The notes under the pieces: generated by a model | What the model saw: only the letters and a program-made list of their open reading frames with translations | Database searches by the model: none | Told to the model about the DNA's origin: nothing | Translations under genes and position numbers: made by a program | From: Euprymna scolopes | Lineage: Eukaryota | DNA: 64,000 nucleotides | Strand: one strand, 5' to 3' | Assembly (NCBI GenBank): GCA_053919585.1 | Contig: CM132783.1 | Shown: positions 1 through 11,341 of the stretch, in pieces | How the letters are laid out: each line of letters begins with the position of its first letter | How positions within the stretch are numbered: the stretch's first letter is position 1

Positions 1-921
1 GTCACACTTGGTTTCAAATGAGAATATCCCAGTTGTTTTTAAAAAAGTCTTTTCCTCCAACTTTTGTTTTTTTTAAAAAAAAATGTGGACAAAAAAAAAA
101 CGGAAGCATTCGCATTTGAGACCAATTGAGACTTGTGGCCTGATAACGTTGGATTCCAAATGAAATCACAGTTGAAACATGTATGTGTATATGTAGCCAA
201 TAACTTTTGTATACACAAAGATAATTATGTAACATATATATCTAGGTTTCGAAACTTTCTACGTCAGCTATACTGATAAGTTATATTGACAAAACATCTG
301 TGGATGACTATGTTTTACATATATAGTCTTATGAAAGGAGCTTGGAGTATTTTATAAAAATTAAAAATGCTGTTTAAATTACCAAAGGTAATTAAGCCCA
401 ACATATTAGAGTCTTAGCACTAACATAAGCTGACTTACTATTGGGAAATTTGCAATTAGAATGGAGATTAACTTATATAACAATGAAAAATAAGAAACAT
501 TAACTGTGAAATTGAATATATATTTTCTGCTCTTTCTATTCGTGCAAATAATTTCTTCCTTTCTTTCTTAATCAAATATAAATGAGTCATAATTTTTGGC
601 TATGAACTAACAAACAGATCAAAGATGTGATTCGGCTTAATCCTTCATTTACCAGCGTCCACATCACATGCCAATGTTTTATCCATCTCTTGCACATTAA
701 TTATGTTTATCTTTTTAATAATGATTTGACTTACTGAAGTGACTCACTGATTGAGCTTCCATTTATTCTTGGTTGCTTTGGTTTTGGTAGTTTAATCTTT
801 GAATAGCTATATAGTCTTTTACAGCCCTCTTATGAGAAAGAAGTCAGTGTTTAACAGAAGTGATGCTATATTGATCTTCATCTACCATCATTACAGAATT
901 TTTTTTATGTTTTTTTTCATA

Positions 922-1172
922 GGACTCGTCATTTATAATGGCTGAAAGCCACTCAAGGATAAGGGTTAATGAGTGTATGGTAGTCACTGAGACAATAGCA
1001 TATTAATACTTAGTGGTGAAAATAGGGTAGAAATGGATCATTTAAGGGGACGGCTCAACAAGAAGTTGTTTCCGTTGGACTTGAAGTCAGCTGGAGAGCA
1101 GATGAGCGGAATTCCACAGGCAAGCAATTCTAGGAAATAAACTTTTTTTCATGGAATTTTCATTTAGATTTT
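922..1172 (-). mobile_element. 3' fragment of the CR1/L2-group LINE family (degenerate)
   Basis: Aligns by eye with 51290-51530 (AAGCCACTCAAGGATAAGGGTT; TTAAGGGGACGGCTCA; TTCCACAGGC). Confidence 0.8.
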
Positions 1173-1573
1173 TAAACAATATTCTATTTTTCATGAGATT
1201 TTGATCAAATTGGGAATGAAAGTTCAGATACATCTTAGAAAACTACATACGAAAATACACTTTAAGAGTGCTTTCAGCATAGATGCAGAAATTAATTAAA
1301 CTGTGAGAGTATCTACATCATAGGGCGATATTCAATATTCAGATCTACAACAAAATATACCATTACACAATTTCACCACACACAATCAGAGAATTCATTT
1401 CAAAATAGGGCACGAAGAAATACTTCCAGATTTTAAAATAATTAAATAAAACTACTGATTTTCATAAATACATAAACAATTTTCAGTTAAACATCTGTGG
1501 AGAAGTTATAGCAATAAATATTTTTTTTTATTGGAATATTTTGAGATGAGCAATTTCGATATTTATTTCTTTA

Positions 1574-2310
1574 CTAGTAGGCCGCCCGGCATTGCCTGGT
1601 CATAAAATATGCTTAAATATGATATTTTGATTAATGCAAGTTTTGTATTTATTATTATATTATAGTGGACCGAATATATAGTAATGATTTCAAAAGTTTA
1701 AAAAAAAAACGACTTGTGCACCACCACCGAGAATCGAAACAAAAAACGTGTAGCTTATGATTTACTTTTTCTTTGATGTTAATGCCTGAGTTATGAAGAC
1801 ATGTTTGCTGCAAGACTAAAAAGTAAAACATTAGCCAATAGCTATTACATAATGCTATCGTTCGGCCTTCATCTGGCAGATTACATTGTTTTAATTTTCA
1901 CACTTTAGCACCAATTTTTCCCGGCTAAAATCCAAATATAAACTTTCACATGGGTTTGAACACCCTATATATTAAGTTTAATGTCTGTAGACTAAGAACT
2001 GACATAGGAGTTTGGTAGGCAAAATTTTTTAAACAAATATATATACACATACATAAATATATATAGAAAGAGGTTTGTGTTTATACAAATATTACGCAAG
2101 TATAAATCATGTAGAATATCTGCATGAATATAATTACATGAAATAATTAACTAAAGATGATCATTCCTTAAGAAAACCGAAAAAACTAATAGGTAATTAA
2201 GATGAATCTTTAAAAGAATATGCAAATTAGCTAGATCTTTTGCAGATAAATGCAATTCCATAACCCATGTATAACAAAGTTGTATTTTCTTTTTAAATAA
2301 ATAGAAAAAA
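1574..2310 (-). mobile_element. Non-autonomous Helitron-like element
   Basis: Minus-strand 3' end is ACCAGGCAATGCCGGGCGGCCTACTAG|T (subterminal hairpin plus CTAG). The body is the reverse complement of 55900-56668. Confidence 0.75.
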
Positions 2311-2369
2311 GTTTGTTTTTTTAATATATATATCCATACACAAAGGAAAACAAATTTATAGGAGTATAG

Positions 2370-2681
2370 ATTTGCGGAGTGTTATCCTCATCTCCATAGT
2401 TGTTGTTTCATCACGTTTCGGCCCAATGGATACAGGTGTTGAATCTCTACGGTTCCAAGTGAGCATTGTCTGAAGATAACGGTTTTAATCCTACTCAAAG
2501 CACGCCAGTAGATTAGTTGGCCAAAACATGGTGAGACAACAACTATGGAAGACAGTAATTATTGAGGATACAGTTATGAGACTTAACATTCCTATACTGT
2601 CGCAATTAACCACCTAAGGAAGACAAGAGGAATAGTTGTAAACAACAACAACTATGCAGATGAGGATAACAGTCCACAAAT
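2370..2681 (+). mobile_element. Fold-back copy of tRNA-head/hammerhead repeat family A (degenerate ribozyme)
   Basis: Terminal inverted repeats 2370-2408 and 2640-2681. The interior matches 3130-3400 and 17385-17655. Confidence 0.75.
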
Positions 2682-2834
2682 AAATATATTAGCATTAAGT
2701 TCCCTATATCAAACATCTGTATGCCGTGTCTAAAATGAAAACTTAAAACAAACCAAATTTAGAAGAGCTTGAAATATATTTCCTGTCACAATCCAATCCC
2801 CTAATAACAAATGGTCAACAGATTGTGATGTTAC

Positions 2835-2876
2835 CACCTGACGAAGGCCAGAGGAATAGTTGGCAGAAATGTCGTG
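2835..2876 (+). ncRNA. Minimal type I hammerhead ribozyme motif (slightly degenerate)
   Basis: CAC-CTGACGA-A-GGCCA..TGGCA-GAAA-TGTC-GTG: conserved core boxes with stem I CAC/GTG. Confidence 0.6.
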
Positions 2877-3115
2877 AAAAAAAGCAACAACCAATAAAAG
2901 ATGAAAAACAACAACTAATCAAGATTAATTTATTTTTGTTTCAGACTATTGTCTGAAACAAAAATAAATTAATATATATAATGCTCATCTCAAAAATGAA
3001 TTCTAATTAAGGAATAATATATATACCAATCGGTACGGACCCGACTATGGAAGATCAGATAATAAATAAACGTGGATTTATAAGATCAAAGAATCCAACA
3101 CCGATCGCCCTTCGA

Positions 3116-3400
3116 GGCCCGTGGCGCAGTTGATAGAGATGTTGAATCTCTACGGTTCCAGATGGACATTGTCTGAAGATAGCGGTTTCAATCCTACCCA
3201 AAGCCAGCCAGAGGTTTACTTGGCCAAAACGTGGTAAGACGACAACAACTATAGATAGCAGTGATTGCTGAGAATGCAGTTAGGAGATTCGAGGTTCCTA
3301 TCCGTCGCGGTTACCACCTGATGAAGGCCAAATGAATAGTTGGCCGAAACGTCGTGAAAAAATCACAACCAATAAAAGATGAAAAACAATAACTAATGAA
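3116..3400 (+). mobile_element. Family A element: tRNA-like Pol III head plus hammerhead tail
   Basis: A box TGGCGCAGTTG at 3122-3132, B box GGTTTCAATCC at 3184-3194, hammerhead at 3315-3356. Further copies at 2370-2681 and 17178-17703. Confidence 0.75.
3315..3356 (+). ncRNA. Minimal type I hammerhead ribozyme (intact core)
   Basis: Stem I CAC/GTG, CTGATGA (3318-3324), stem II GGCCA/TGGCC, GAAAC, GTC cleavage triplet (3351-3353). Confidence 0.8.
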
Positions 3401-3474
3401 GATGATAATAATTGTCCGAAATAAAAATAAATTAATAGATTGTGATGAAGATTCGTTATTTGTCTTATTTAGAC

Positions 3475-3740
3475 TTCTGTCAATCTTGAGGATTATTTGC
3501 ACAACGTCTGAGCCAGCGATCTTCTTTAAGAGTATCTTGTCAAACTCGAGATGTGTTTTGTCGAACTTGGGAATCTTCACAGAAATTCGGGGATAGCAAA
3601 CTCTTGTTCTACTTTCAGGACTGGATAGAAGTCTTAAGTAATTCGCAATTATATTTTTAGTATCGCCTACACTGAAGATTGAACCTTAACTCTTAAAAAG
3701 TTTCACTTAAAACTGAATTGAACCTAGTAATTTATGGGTT
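3475..3740 (-). mobile_element. Repeat family C (tRNA-like B box plus decayed hammerhead tail)
   Basis: Homologous to 17810-18090. The minus strand has a GGTTCAATC(T/C) B-box-like motif and a decayed (G)AAACGTTG tail. Confidence 0.5.
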
Positions 3741-4283
3741 TGCTCATTATTAATCCTTATCTAAAAGATTCAGAAGCATAAGATTTCTTATAATTCTTAA
3801 CTTAAGTTCCGTAGGTGTCCAGTACATAATCATGGAGTTAAACGTTTGAATATGTAAACCTTTTGACAATGTTGAGTTTCAATTGTTTAAACAGGAAATG
3901 ATTTTAGAATTGTACTCCATTTACAAAATACTTGCAGGGCGAACCTTTTATTTTAGGTATATTCTCTTCAAACAAAATGAGGGCACAATATTTTTGTCGA
4001 TGTTTAATTCTGTGAATTGCTGTCTTGACAAATTCCAGCTTATTCTGCTTATATGTTTTTTTTTATTCGTTTAATAGCCTCAGGACACTTCTAAGCAAAG
4101 ATAATACATTAACAGAGAAATTCAAATAAGAATTAAATTAGGTATTATTTTCATAGGCTTGCTAGAAAAATATTTGAAAAAAAGGTCTTTGAAGTTTTGT
4201 TTTTTTTGTTGACTTCAAAGGTAAATTTTCGAAAACCAATGTATCTCCAAATTAGAAACAAGATAGCTTTTCTATTTTCTAAC

Positions 4284-4286
<3 letters not shown>

Positions 4287-4353
<67 letters not shown>
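4287..4353. repeat. (TA)n microsatellite (one of >20 in the window, e.g. 8766-8811, 38017-38069, 39830-39900, 42007-42068, 42433-42490, 53650-53722)
   Basis: Direct reading. Confidence 0.98.
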
Positions 4354-4356
<3 letters not shown>

Positions 4357-4694
4357 CGCACTTAACTGTTCTTATAATTTCAAAGGTATTTAATATGTAT
4401 ATTAATTATCAATATAATTGTTCTGTTTTTGCTTTACTACATTGGTGTAGATTTTATCGAGAGATGAACGAAGTTTCGAAAATTAATGAGTAATTTAAAC
4501 AATAATAAATGAATCAAAGTAACAACAGTCCTTTAGAATATATGTGTATATTTGTGTGATGGCTTCATCGACTATATACACAACGAAACGCTAGTGGATA
4601 AAAGAAAAGACATTAAAAAATAAGAATCATTGTCGTAGATTTTTTGGTTATTGAAGCAGTATAAATATAATCACTCCTAATCACACTAAACAAG

Positions 4695-4940
4695 ATTTTA
4701 TTCTGCCCGAATGGATCACATGAGATTGCCAATTGTATTGTTATTATGAACGTATGCTCTCATGACCTGAAAGTTTAATCTCTCTGTTGCAGATACTGAC
4801 GGTGTGAGACTTTAAGAAAACAACTCCTGTTATGGGCGTGCATCAGAAGCAGAGATGCGCCATTGAATTCCTGGCAAAAGTGCATTGAGAATAGTGGTGA
4901 CTATGTAGGAAAATAAATTCTGGGACACAAAATGGTGTAT
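4695..4940 (+). mobile_element. Internally deleted mariner (MITE) remnant
   Basis: Transposase N-terminus (MGVHQKQRCAIEF) fused to its C-terminus (QKCIENSGDYV). Reverse complement of 31055-31295. Confidence 0.75.
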
Positions 4941-5854
4941 GAGGTTCAAGTTCTGGTGGGACTACTACATCAACTTTACTAATATCTTTCATATACTATC
5001 CTTTCAGTTACGGACTAAATAATATTATAGAGTAGACCCTGAAGCCTTCGTATGCCGAATCGTCTAGATTAAGGAAAACAATAAAGTAGCATTATCCCCT
5101 CCACCATTTTTATCCTATCATATTTACATATTGGAGTTTAACCTTGCAATTTGATTTAAGCAGCGTTGACTCATAAGAAGTGCAGAGTCAATTTCAGGAC
5201 ACTGAAAAAAGAATGAAAATCCATTGTTAAAGACATAATTTCTTAAAAAAGTAAAATAAGATTTTACCAAAACCAAAATATTAACGGCCAACAATCAATG
5301 TTATGTTTCCCATTAAATGTTGTGTATATTTCACACTTCTAAGCCCGGCATAAAATACTTTTCATATGAAAGTTTTGAAATCGATCTATATTCATACTGA
5401 GAAGCATAAATTATATAGAACAAAAGAATTTTCTTTTTTTTTTTTTTTTTTTTTTGTTATTTGAGACTTCTGAGGGAAATTTGATACATGAAGTGATTAT
5501 TTTAGCTTACAATGTGTTGATAACAATGTATTTGATATTCAGCATTCTGACATGACAGGAGTCGTTTGTTGGTTTGGATATATTTTTACGTCTTCCTCTG
5601 ATGTGTCTATAGAAAACAATGCTTTAATGAAAAACAAAAAATATTCAAAGTAATTATATGGTTTTGCACCATTACAAACATCTTCTATAATGTGCATAAC
5701 ATGATCTGTGTAAGAATAATTTATGTCCATTATAAAAGACTTGTGTATAATAATCCACATTATATTTCTTTTAGACTGCCTATCTGTCCATTCCACTTTT
5801 TCTACGAAACTACTGAGTCGATCTGAATGGTATTTTGCTATTATAAGGTGCAGC

Positions 5855-6200
5855 ATTATGGTATCCATTTGATGCGGTGTTAGGGATTAACAAGAATTAG
5901 TGATCACAATACGACATTTACTCTAGAAGTTTTTTTCAGAAAATACTGGGCTGACCTGGATGAATTTATTCATTGATCTTTGCTATGACAAGGTACGACA
6001 AACTAAGGATTATGATATCTGTTCGATGCACAGCAGAGAGATTAATAGGGATTAGTCACCACAGTGCCACATTTACTCTAGAGGTTTTCTCGTAAACTGC
6101 TGAGCTGATTTGGCCGAATATTTGTATGGTCCTTTGCTAGTTACAGCAAACTAAGTATTATGGTACTTGTTCGAAACACAAGAATTAATGGGGATTAATA
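5855..6200. repeat. Diverged tandem repeat, about 150-bp unit x2.3
   Basis: ACATTTACTCTAGA recurs near 5914 and 6069; CAAACTAAG.ATTATG recurs near 5999 and 6147. Confidence 0.7.
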
Positions 6201-6334
6201 TATAATGTATAAAATGGGCAAAAATTTAACCATACTCCAACCATCAATTTGGCATAAAGCACTCATTCTATGTTAACGGCCTTTAAGTTTTCCCCGTTTT
6301 TAACAAAATGTCAAGTATTATATAATTTGGGGGT

Positions 6335-6562
6335 TTGAATAACGGTTAGTGTGTTTGCTAATAGGCTGGGAGACCGGGGTTCAATCCTTGTTTGAGTCAT
6401 AGAAGAAACTAAAAAATATCGGACTTATGACTGATAAACTCTCAACATTGTAAGATGAGGATTGAATGTAAGTGAAGCAATCTAAGGAAATACAGTAGCG
6501 CTCTCCCTTACATCTCAATGTAGTAATCGATAAAAAGGGAACCTTCAAGTTGTCCTCAACTA
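6335..6562 (+). mobile_element. tRNA-derived SINE (degenerate)
   Basis: B box GGTTCAATCC in GGAGACCGGGGTTCAATCC with an upstream A-box-like segment and about 170 bp of body. Confidence 0.65.
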
Positions 6563-7784
6563 TTATTTTTCAATTTCTGATTCTTATGCGTTTAACAACT
6601 AATGTGTTTAATAATAATTTTCTATGCATTATGAAAAAGTTGTGTATAATAAAAACTGATTTCAATAATAAAATTCTGTAATATTTATTTGATAATATTA
6701 TTGGGATGAACTGGCTTATTAATGCATTAATACATTTCTTTTAAAGAGACTAATGAGTTCTTCTAAGTTTTATTGTAAAAAATATTTATTAAATCGATTA
6801 CTGTAATTGAAATATTAATTCTTTTTTGTTTGAAGTTATCCTCCCTTGGATTCGAAACTCTTCATATTAAAAATTGGGGTTCTGTCTTTGAATAAATCAT
6901 CTAGAAATTCATCTTAATTCATTATGTGATGCACATATGAAATTAGCTCGACACAAACCGTTTTGTAATCAATCATCAGCTTTGAACTATTCAGCCTTCG
7001 CTATTTCTCCCTCCTTAATAGGATTAAAGCATTCCTCTTCACAGCACATGCAAGACAGGATTGGCTAACAACAAGACACGAAAATACAACTATTTACCTG
7101 TTTCTCACTGCACTACTGTTAGGCATGAAGTTGGTTTAATATGAAGGATAAAACTAACTACCTTTGAGGAATCTCTGGAAAAGCACAAAATTAACTGAAA
7201 ACGGATGAGTCAGCATTTGTTGGTAAGGGCGCCTCAGTCGACCGGCAATAAATCAATGTTATTGGCTATTTATTTTTAGAAAAATACCAAAACAAAACTG
7301 TTGATATTCATTGTCCTAAGGCTAGAAACAAAGTTCTGATGCTACAAATGTTTTATTCTGGCCTCGGTCAGTAAAAGAGGTAATTTTTATTTTGGTTTCA
7401 ATCCAGATTGCCCCTATTTCAGAAACTAGATTTTCTCACACAAAAAAAAACAAAACACATTGTATCTAAATGTGTCCTCGTTGGGATACAAGTAAATATG
7501 GATAGTCTTCAAAAATGATTTCTTAATCTGATCCAAGAGTGAAGGATTATCAAGATGTTAACTTTGCTTTTGATATTTATCTGCTTCCTCTCTTTTGGTA
7601 TCTAAAAACTTGAGTGAGAATACTGAAGAGAAGGCAAGAGATAGAAAGGGAGAGAAAGAGAGAGAGAGAGATGGAGAAGAGATATCAATAGAGATATAGA
7701 CAGAAAGTGATTACCACCATATTAAACAATTTTGTAGCATAGCTTACCCACATAAGACAAGCGGAAAGTTTGCTTTATGGTAAA

Positions 7785-8407
7785 CTAGCAAAGGGTACCC
7801 GGCGTTGTCCGGGTGTTTGTAGGTGTGTGTGAAAAAAAAACAGGTGCCCGTGAAAAAAAAAACGAAGCCTTTACGACGTGCAGTTGGAAAATAGTAAAGT
7901 GTGAAAAAAAAACAGGTGCGCGTTTTTGATTGACGTGACGGCGATAGGTATTCAGCAGTTAGCAGTTTTTAATGATGTCAATAAATCGGTTTGTTTGTTT
8001 TAAAAACCCGCTCCCTGTTTATTAGGGGGAGCGTCTCGTCTCAAAATGAAAGCTACCATCTGATATGACAAAGTCGACATTGACCAAATGTTACTTATGC
8101 TCTCTAGAGACCACTGGCTTTCGGCCAGTGATTAGAGTCGAGTTTCGCTTTTTGTTTATACCGAAAACCGAATGTAACGCGTGCCGATGCGGGAAATGTG
8201 GAATAATTAACGTTTGAAAGTCAATAAAATTAAATAGACAGGCGAGCTCCGTGGTTAAGTGTGAGATATTACAATTTATAGATGATATAAAAAGTTTTAA
8301 GAAGTTTTGAAGCAAGCGAGCGCCTCTCTGAAAGAAGCCTTCTGTGGACATCGAGGAAAAGCGTACATACATACATACATACATTTTCGCTTATATATAT
8401 ATATAGA
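7785..8407 (-). mobile_element. Non-autonomous Helitron (Lep1-type architecture)
   Basis: Minus strand starts A|TCTATATAT..AAGCGAAAATGTATGTATG and ends ACCCGGACAACGCCGGGTACCCTTTGCTAG|T: 5' TC, 3' hairpin plus CTAG, A-T target. Confidence 0.85.
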
Positions 8408-8444
8408 TTAGACGATTTTTTATGGTTATTTAATGTCAAAACAC

Positions 8445-8761
8445 ATGAGCTGTGAAACAGTGAAACAGTACTGTATGTGGATGACTATAATGCTCCTTAT
8501 CTTGGGCTGAGCATATTGGGAAGTGATACACAAATTACCAGTAGCGTATTAAGTGATGCTCTTTGTGTAAACAAATTGAGCTTAGGTATTTGGACAATGT
8601 CAAAACATTGTTCATTCTCTGCCCGCATAGCAGCAGCCGAATAGCGCAATGGTTAGAAGCTCTGTCATTTAAGTGGTCGGGTTTCGATCCTGGCTTGAGG
8701 TAGTTGCTTGTCTAACCGCACTGATGAGCTATGAAACAGCGAAACAGTACTGTATGTGGAT

Positions 8762-8767
<6 letters not shown>
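8445..8767 (+). mobile_element. Retrozyme-like element, family B: partial HHR - body - tRNA-like A/B boxes - full HHR - (TA)n
   Basis: GAAACAGTACTGTATGTGGATGACTA is present at both ends, 279 nt apart. A box TAGCGCAATGG 8642-8652, B box GGTTTCGATCC 8680-8690. Second copy at 41147-41418. Confidence 0.8.
8716..8759 (+). ncRNA. Type I hammerhead ribozyme
   Basis: Stem I CCGCA/TGTGG, CTGATGA (8721-8727), stem II GCT/AGC, GAAA, palindromic stem III ACAGTACTGT, GTA cleavage triplet ending at 8754. Confidence 0.85.
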
Positions 8768-8811
<44 letters not shown>

Positions 8812-8819
<8 letters not shown>

Positions 8820-9190
8820 CATGTTGACTCGCCAGATCACCGAAGTTAACCTGGCCAGTATGGGTGACTATTTGGGAAGGCTAGGCGCTCTATGTATCGT
8901 GCAGAGTTGTAGAAATTTCCAGGTTGGTATCTGGTGGTGCATTAATTCACTGGGAGAGATGCACCCCCAGTCTTCGTAAAGACATGCATCTAAGAGAAGG
9001 AAACTCTGATGTAAAAATCTGCGGTCTACTGTATTCTGTGGCAGTCATCTGACAAAGTTTAGCAGTAATAGCAAAAAGTGTGGTTGGTTCGACACAAAAC
9101 GTTCACACTATAAAACAAATCATCTGTGTGGATTTCCGAGCAACTTAGTTGTTGTGTTGGAAGCTCATACATCAAAACTGATGGAAGCGT
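8812..9190 (+). mobile_element. 5S rRNA-derived SINE (SINE3-like), degenerate
   Basis: Head GGCATGATCATGTTGA..GATCACCGAAGTTAA..TGGGTGACTATTTGGGAA resembles 5S rRNA. Downstream sequence is shared with 57360-57500. The 3' limit is uncertain. Confidence 0.6.
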
Positions 9191-10159
9191 CCATCATATA
9201 TGCTTGTGTGTGCGCGCGGGCGTTAACATAAAACAAATATATGTTTATCATGTATATATTCAATAAGACTATTTTAAAATTGCAACAGTTCATTAACCTC
9301 AATGGATATTGATTTACACTTTCAGAGCATATATAACTTTACTAAACATTTCAAAATCACAAGGATATACACTTAATTCACATTCATATTGTTTACATTA
9401 CTGCATACACGTGTTTCATTGAATGGCATAAACCAAACAAATTATCAGAGATCTTTACATTAGTTCATCAAAGAATAAAATGTACAGTTTTTCTTGGTTA
9501 TAAATGAAAAGGGAATTTTAAAACATCCATTTGTTCTATATAAAACATTGAAGACATTCCGATATGCAGAAGAAAGAAAAATTTAGTTCGTAAATCACGA
9601 GTGAAATAGGCCCAGTGTTAATGCGATATTTGAATTCATACTGAGCTGTAACTATTACAAACAATTCGTTAATAGCATAATTTGAATATAATCTCTTTAT
9701 TTCTATTTTTGAGCAAGTTCATGAAGAAAGAAAAATGTTTATTAATCTTGTATCATTTTCAATTAAAATCTATTTGTATATTCGGTGTTTATTCAGATTG
9801 ACATTCATGGCGGCAGACGAAAAATCACTGTGACGTACATACTCGTGACAGAACGAATATATAATTTTCCGTAAATCATGTAAATCGATCAAATAGTTTT
9901 ATTTAAAAACAAAGAAAATCAAAATTTACGATTTTTAGTGATTTTACTACTAAATTCATTGAACATAAGGTTGATTTTTCACCTCGACAGATCGATTTGA
10001 GTTGTCCTCACCTTTTTTTTATTTTATCGGATTTAATCGTAGCTGATGAAAAAACTACGACTTGCTAAGTCATAAAATTTGATTTACTTGAATAAACAAT
10101 TAAAAAAAAGTTCATCAAATCACGTAATTTAAAAAAATATTTTTTATTTTATTTACAAA

Positions 10160-10490
10160 GGAGTCACCACTTATCAAGGTATGGGGGTCACTCGAGGATA
10201 AGGGTTAATGGGTATGCATTAGTCAATGGGATTATAGCATAGTAATCATAAGTAGTGGTAATTTTGTAAATTGGTTTACTTAGGGGGACGGTTCATCAAG
10301 AACTTGTTTACGTTGAACTTGAAGACAATGAAATTGAATTCAGCTGGAAAGCAGGAAAACGGAATCTACGTTTAGGTTTAGTCACAGGTAAAGAGTAGGG
10401 GAAATTATTGATAGTGGTTTTGACTAGACGAGTGTTTTTCATGAATGTTTGGCGAGGGGGAACCATAGATTAAAGCTCATTATTGAAGCT
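10160..10490 (-). mobile_element. 3' fragment of the CR1/L2-group LINE
   Basis: TCACCACTTATCAAGG terminus and TTGGCGAGGGGGAACCA match 51290-51620. Confidence 0.8.
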
Positions 10491-10727
10491 ATATTATTTT
10501 ATCTTCGTTCTGTGATTGGTGCGTGCATTATACTGACTTTTCTGTATTTTCTTTATTTTTAATTGCCGTCATAAGTGTAATTCTGAATAAGCACCTAGTA
10601 TATTCTTGTAGAATGTGAACATCACTCAAGACAAAAAAAATTGAACAAAGTCCGAAACGTACCATTAATTGTATTGCATTAGTTTGGTGCAAAATTATTG
10701 TTACATGAAAGGGATGTCCCCTTCTCA

Positions 10728-11341
10728 TGTAAGGAAGAAGACATATTAGATAAGTGAAAATAATATTAGGATAAAGTTAGAATCGAACCCTGTAGGCAAA
10801 TGTTAAAGATAATAATAGAAAATGGAATGTTAGAAATTAAATCCGTTGTTAATTTTATTAGAAATAGTCGAATATTGTTTATGTCGGAAAAAGAGGCGAT
10901 TGTCCATTCTTTTAGAAATCTGGATACTAAATATGTCAGTTAAATGAATGCACAATGCAAGTTAAAATATATTGTTTTAAAATAGGTTAGAATTAGAATT
11001 GAGGATTCTTTTGCTTGCCAAAAGTGTGTTTGGATAAACATATGTAAAGCCACGTGAAAATTAGTCACGTTTGAAAACCACACTTCTGACGTCATAAACA
11101 AAGGAGATATCTCAATATAGGAATCTAATGGTTCGAAGTTAGAAGTTAGTGGAAGACAGAGTTGAGAATCAAGAGTTAATGAGAGAGAGTCAGTTGGAGG
11201 GGAGAGCCCCTTAGAAGCTTAGAAGCGAAGGGAGGAAAATAGACCATGTTTGAATTCCTGACATCACCGATCGGTCGATTGAAGATTAAAAAAGAAACCA
11301 ACTATGTTTATAATTGTTGTCTCGTGTCGTCATTCCTTACA
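10728..11341. mobile_element. Candidate solo LTR
   Basis: Begins TGTAAGGAA and ends TTCCTTACA (9-bp inverted TG..CA termini), 614 bp. No clean TSD. Confidence 0.45.

Noticed and set aside
4197-4493. ORFs with IYIYIY, ERERER, THTHTH or poly-I runs here and elsewhere
   Set aside because: They are translations of (TA)n, (GA)n, (CA)n and (TAA)n microsatellites.
5539-5868. 109-aa ORF containing EWTD (YWTD-like)
   Set aside because: The surrounding residues do not fit the propeller repeat, no convincing splice sites were found, and it overlaps a tandem repeat.
8636-8701. Functional tRNA gene (also 3116-3206, 6340-6400, 41290-41361)
   Set aside because: A/B boxes are present but the anticodon and acceptor stems are degenerate and embedded in repeats, so these were treated as SINE-type heads.
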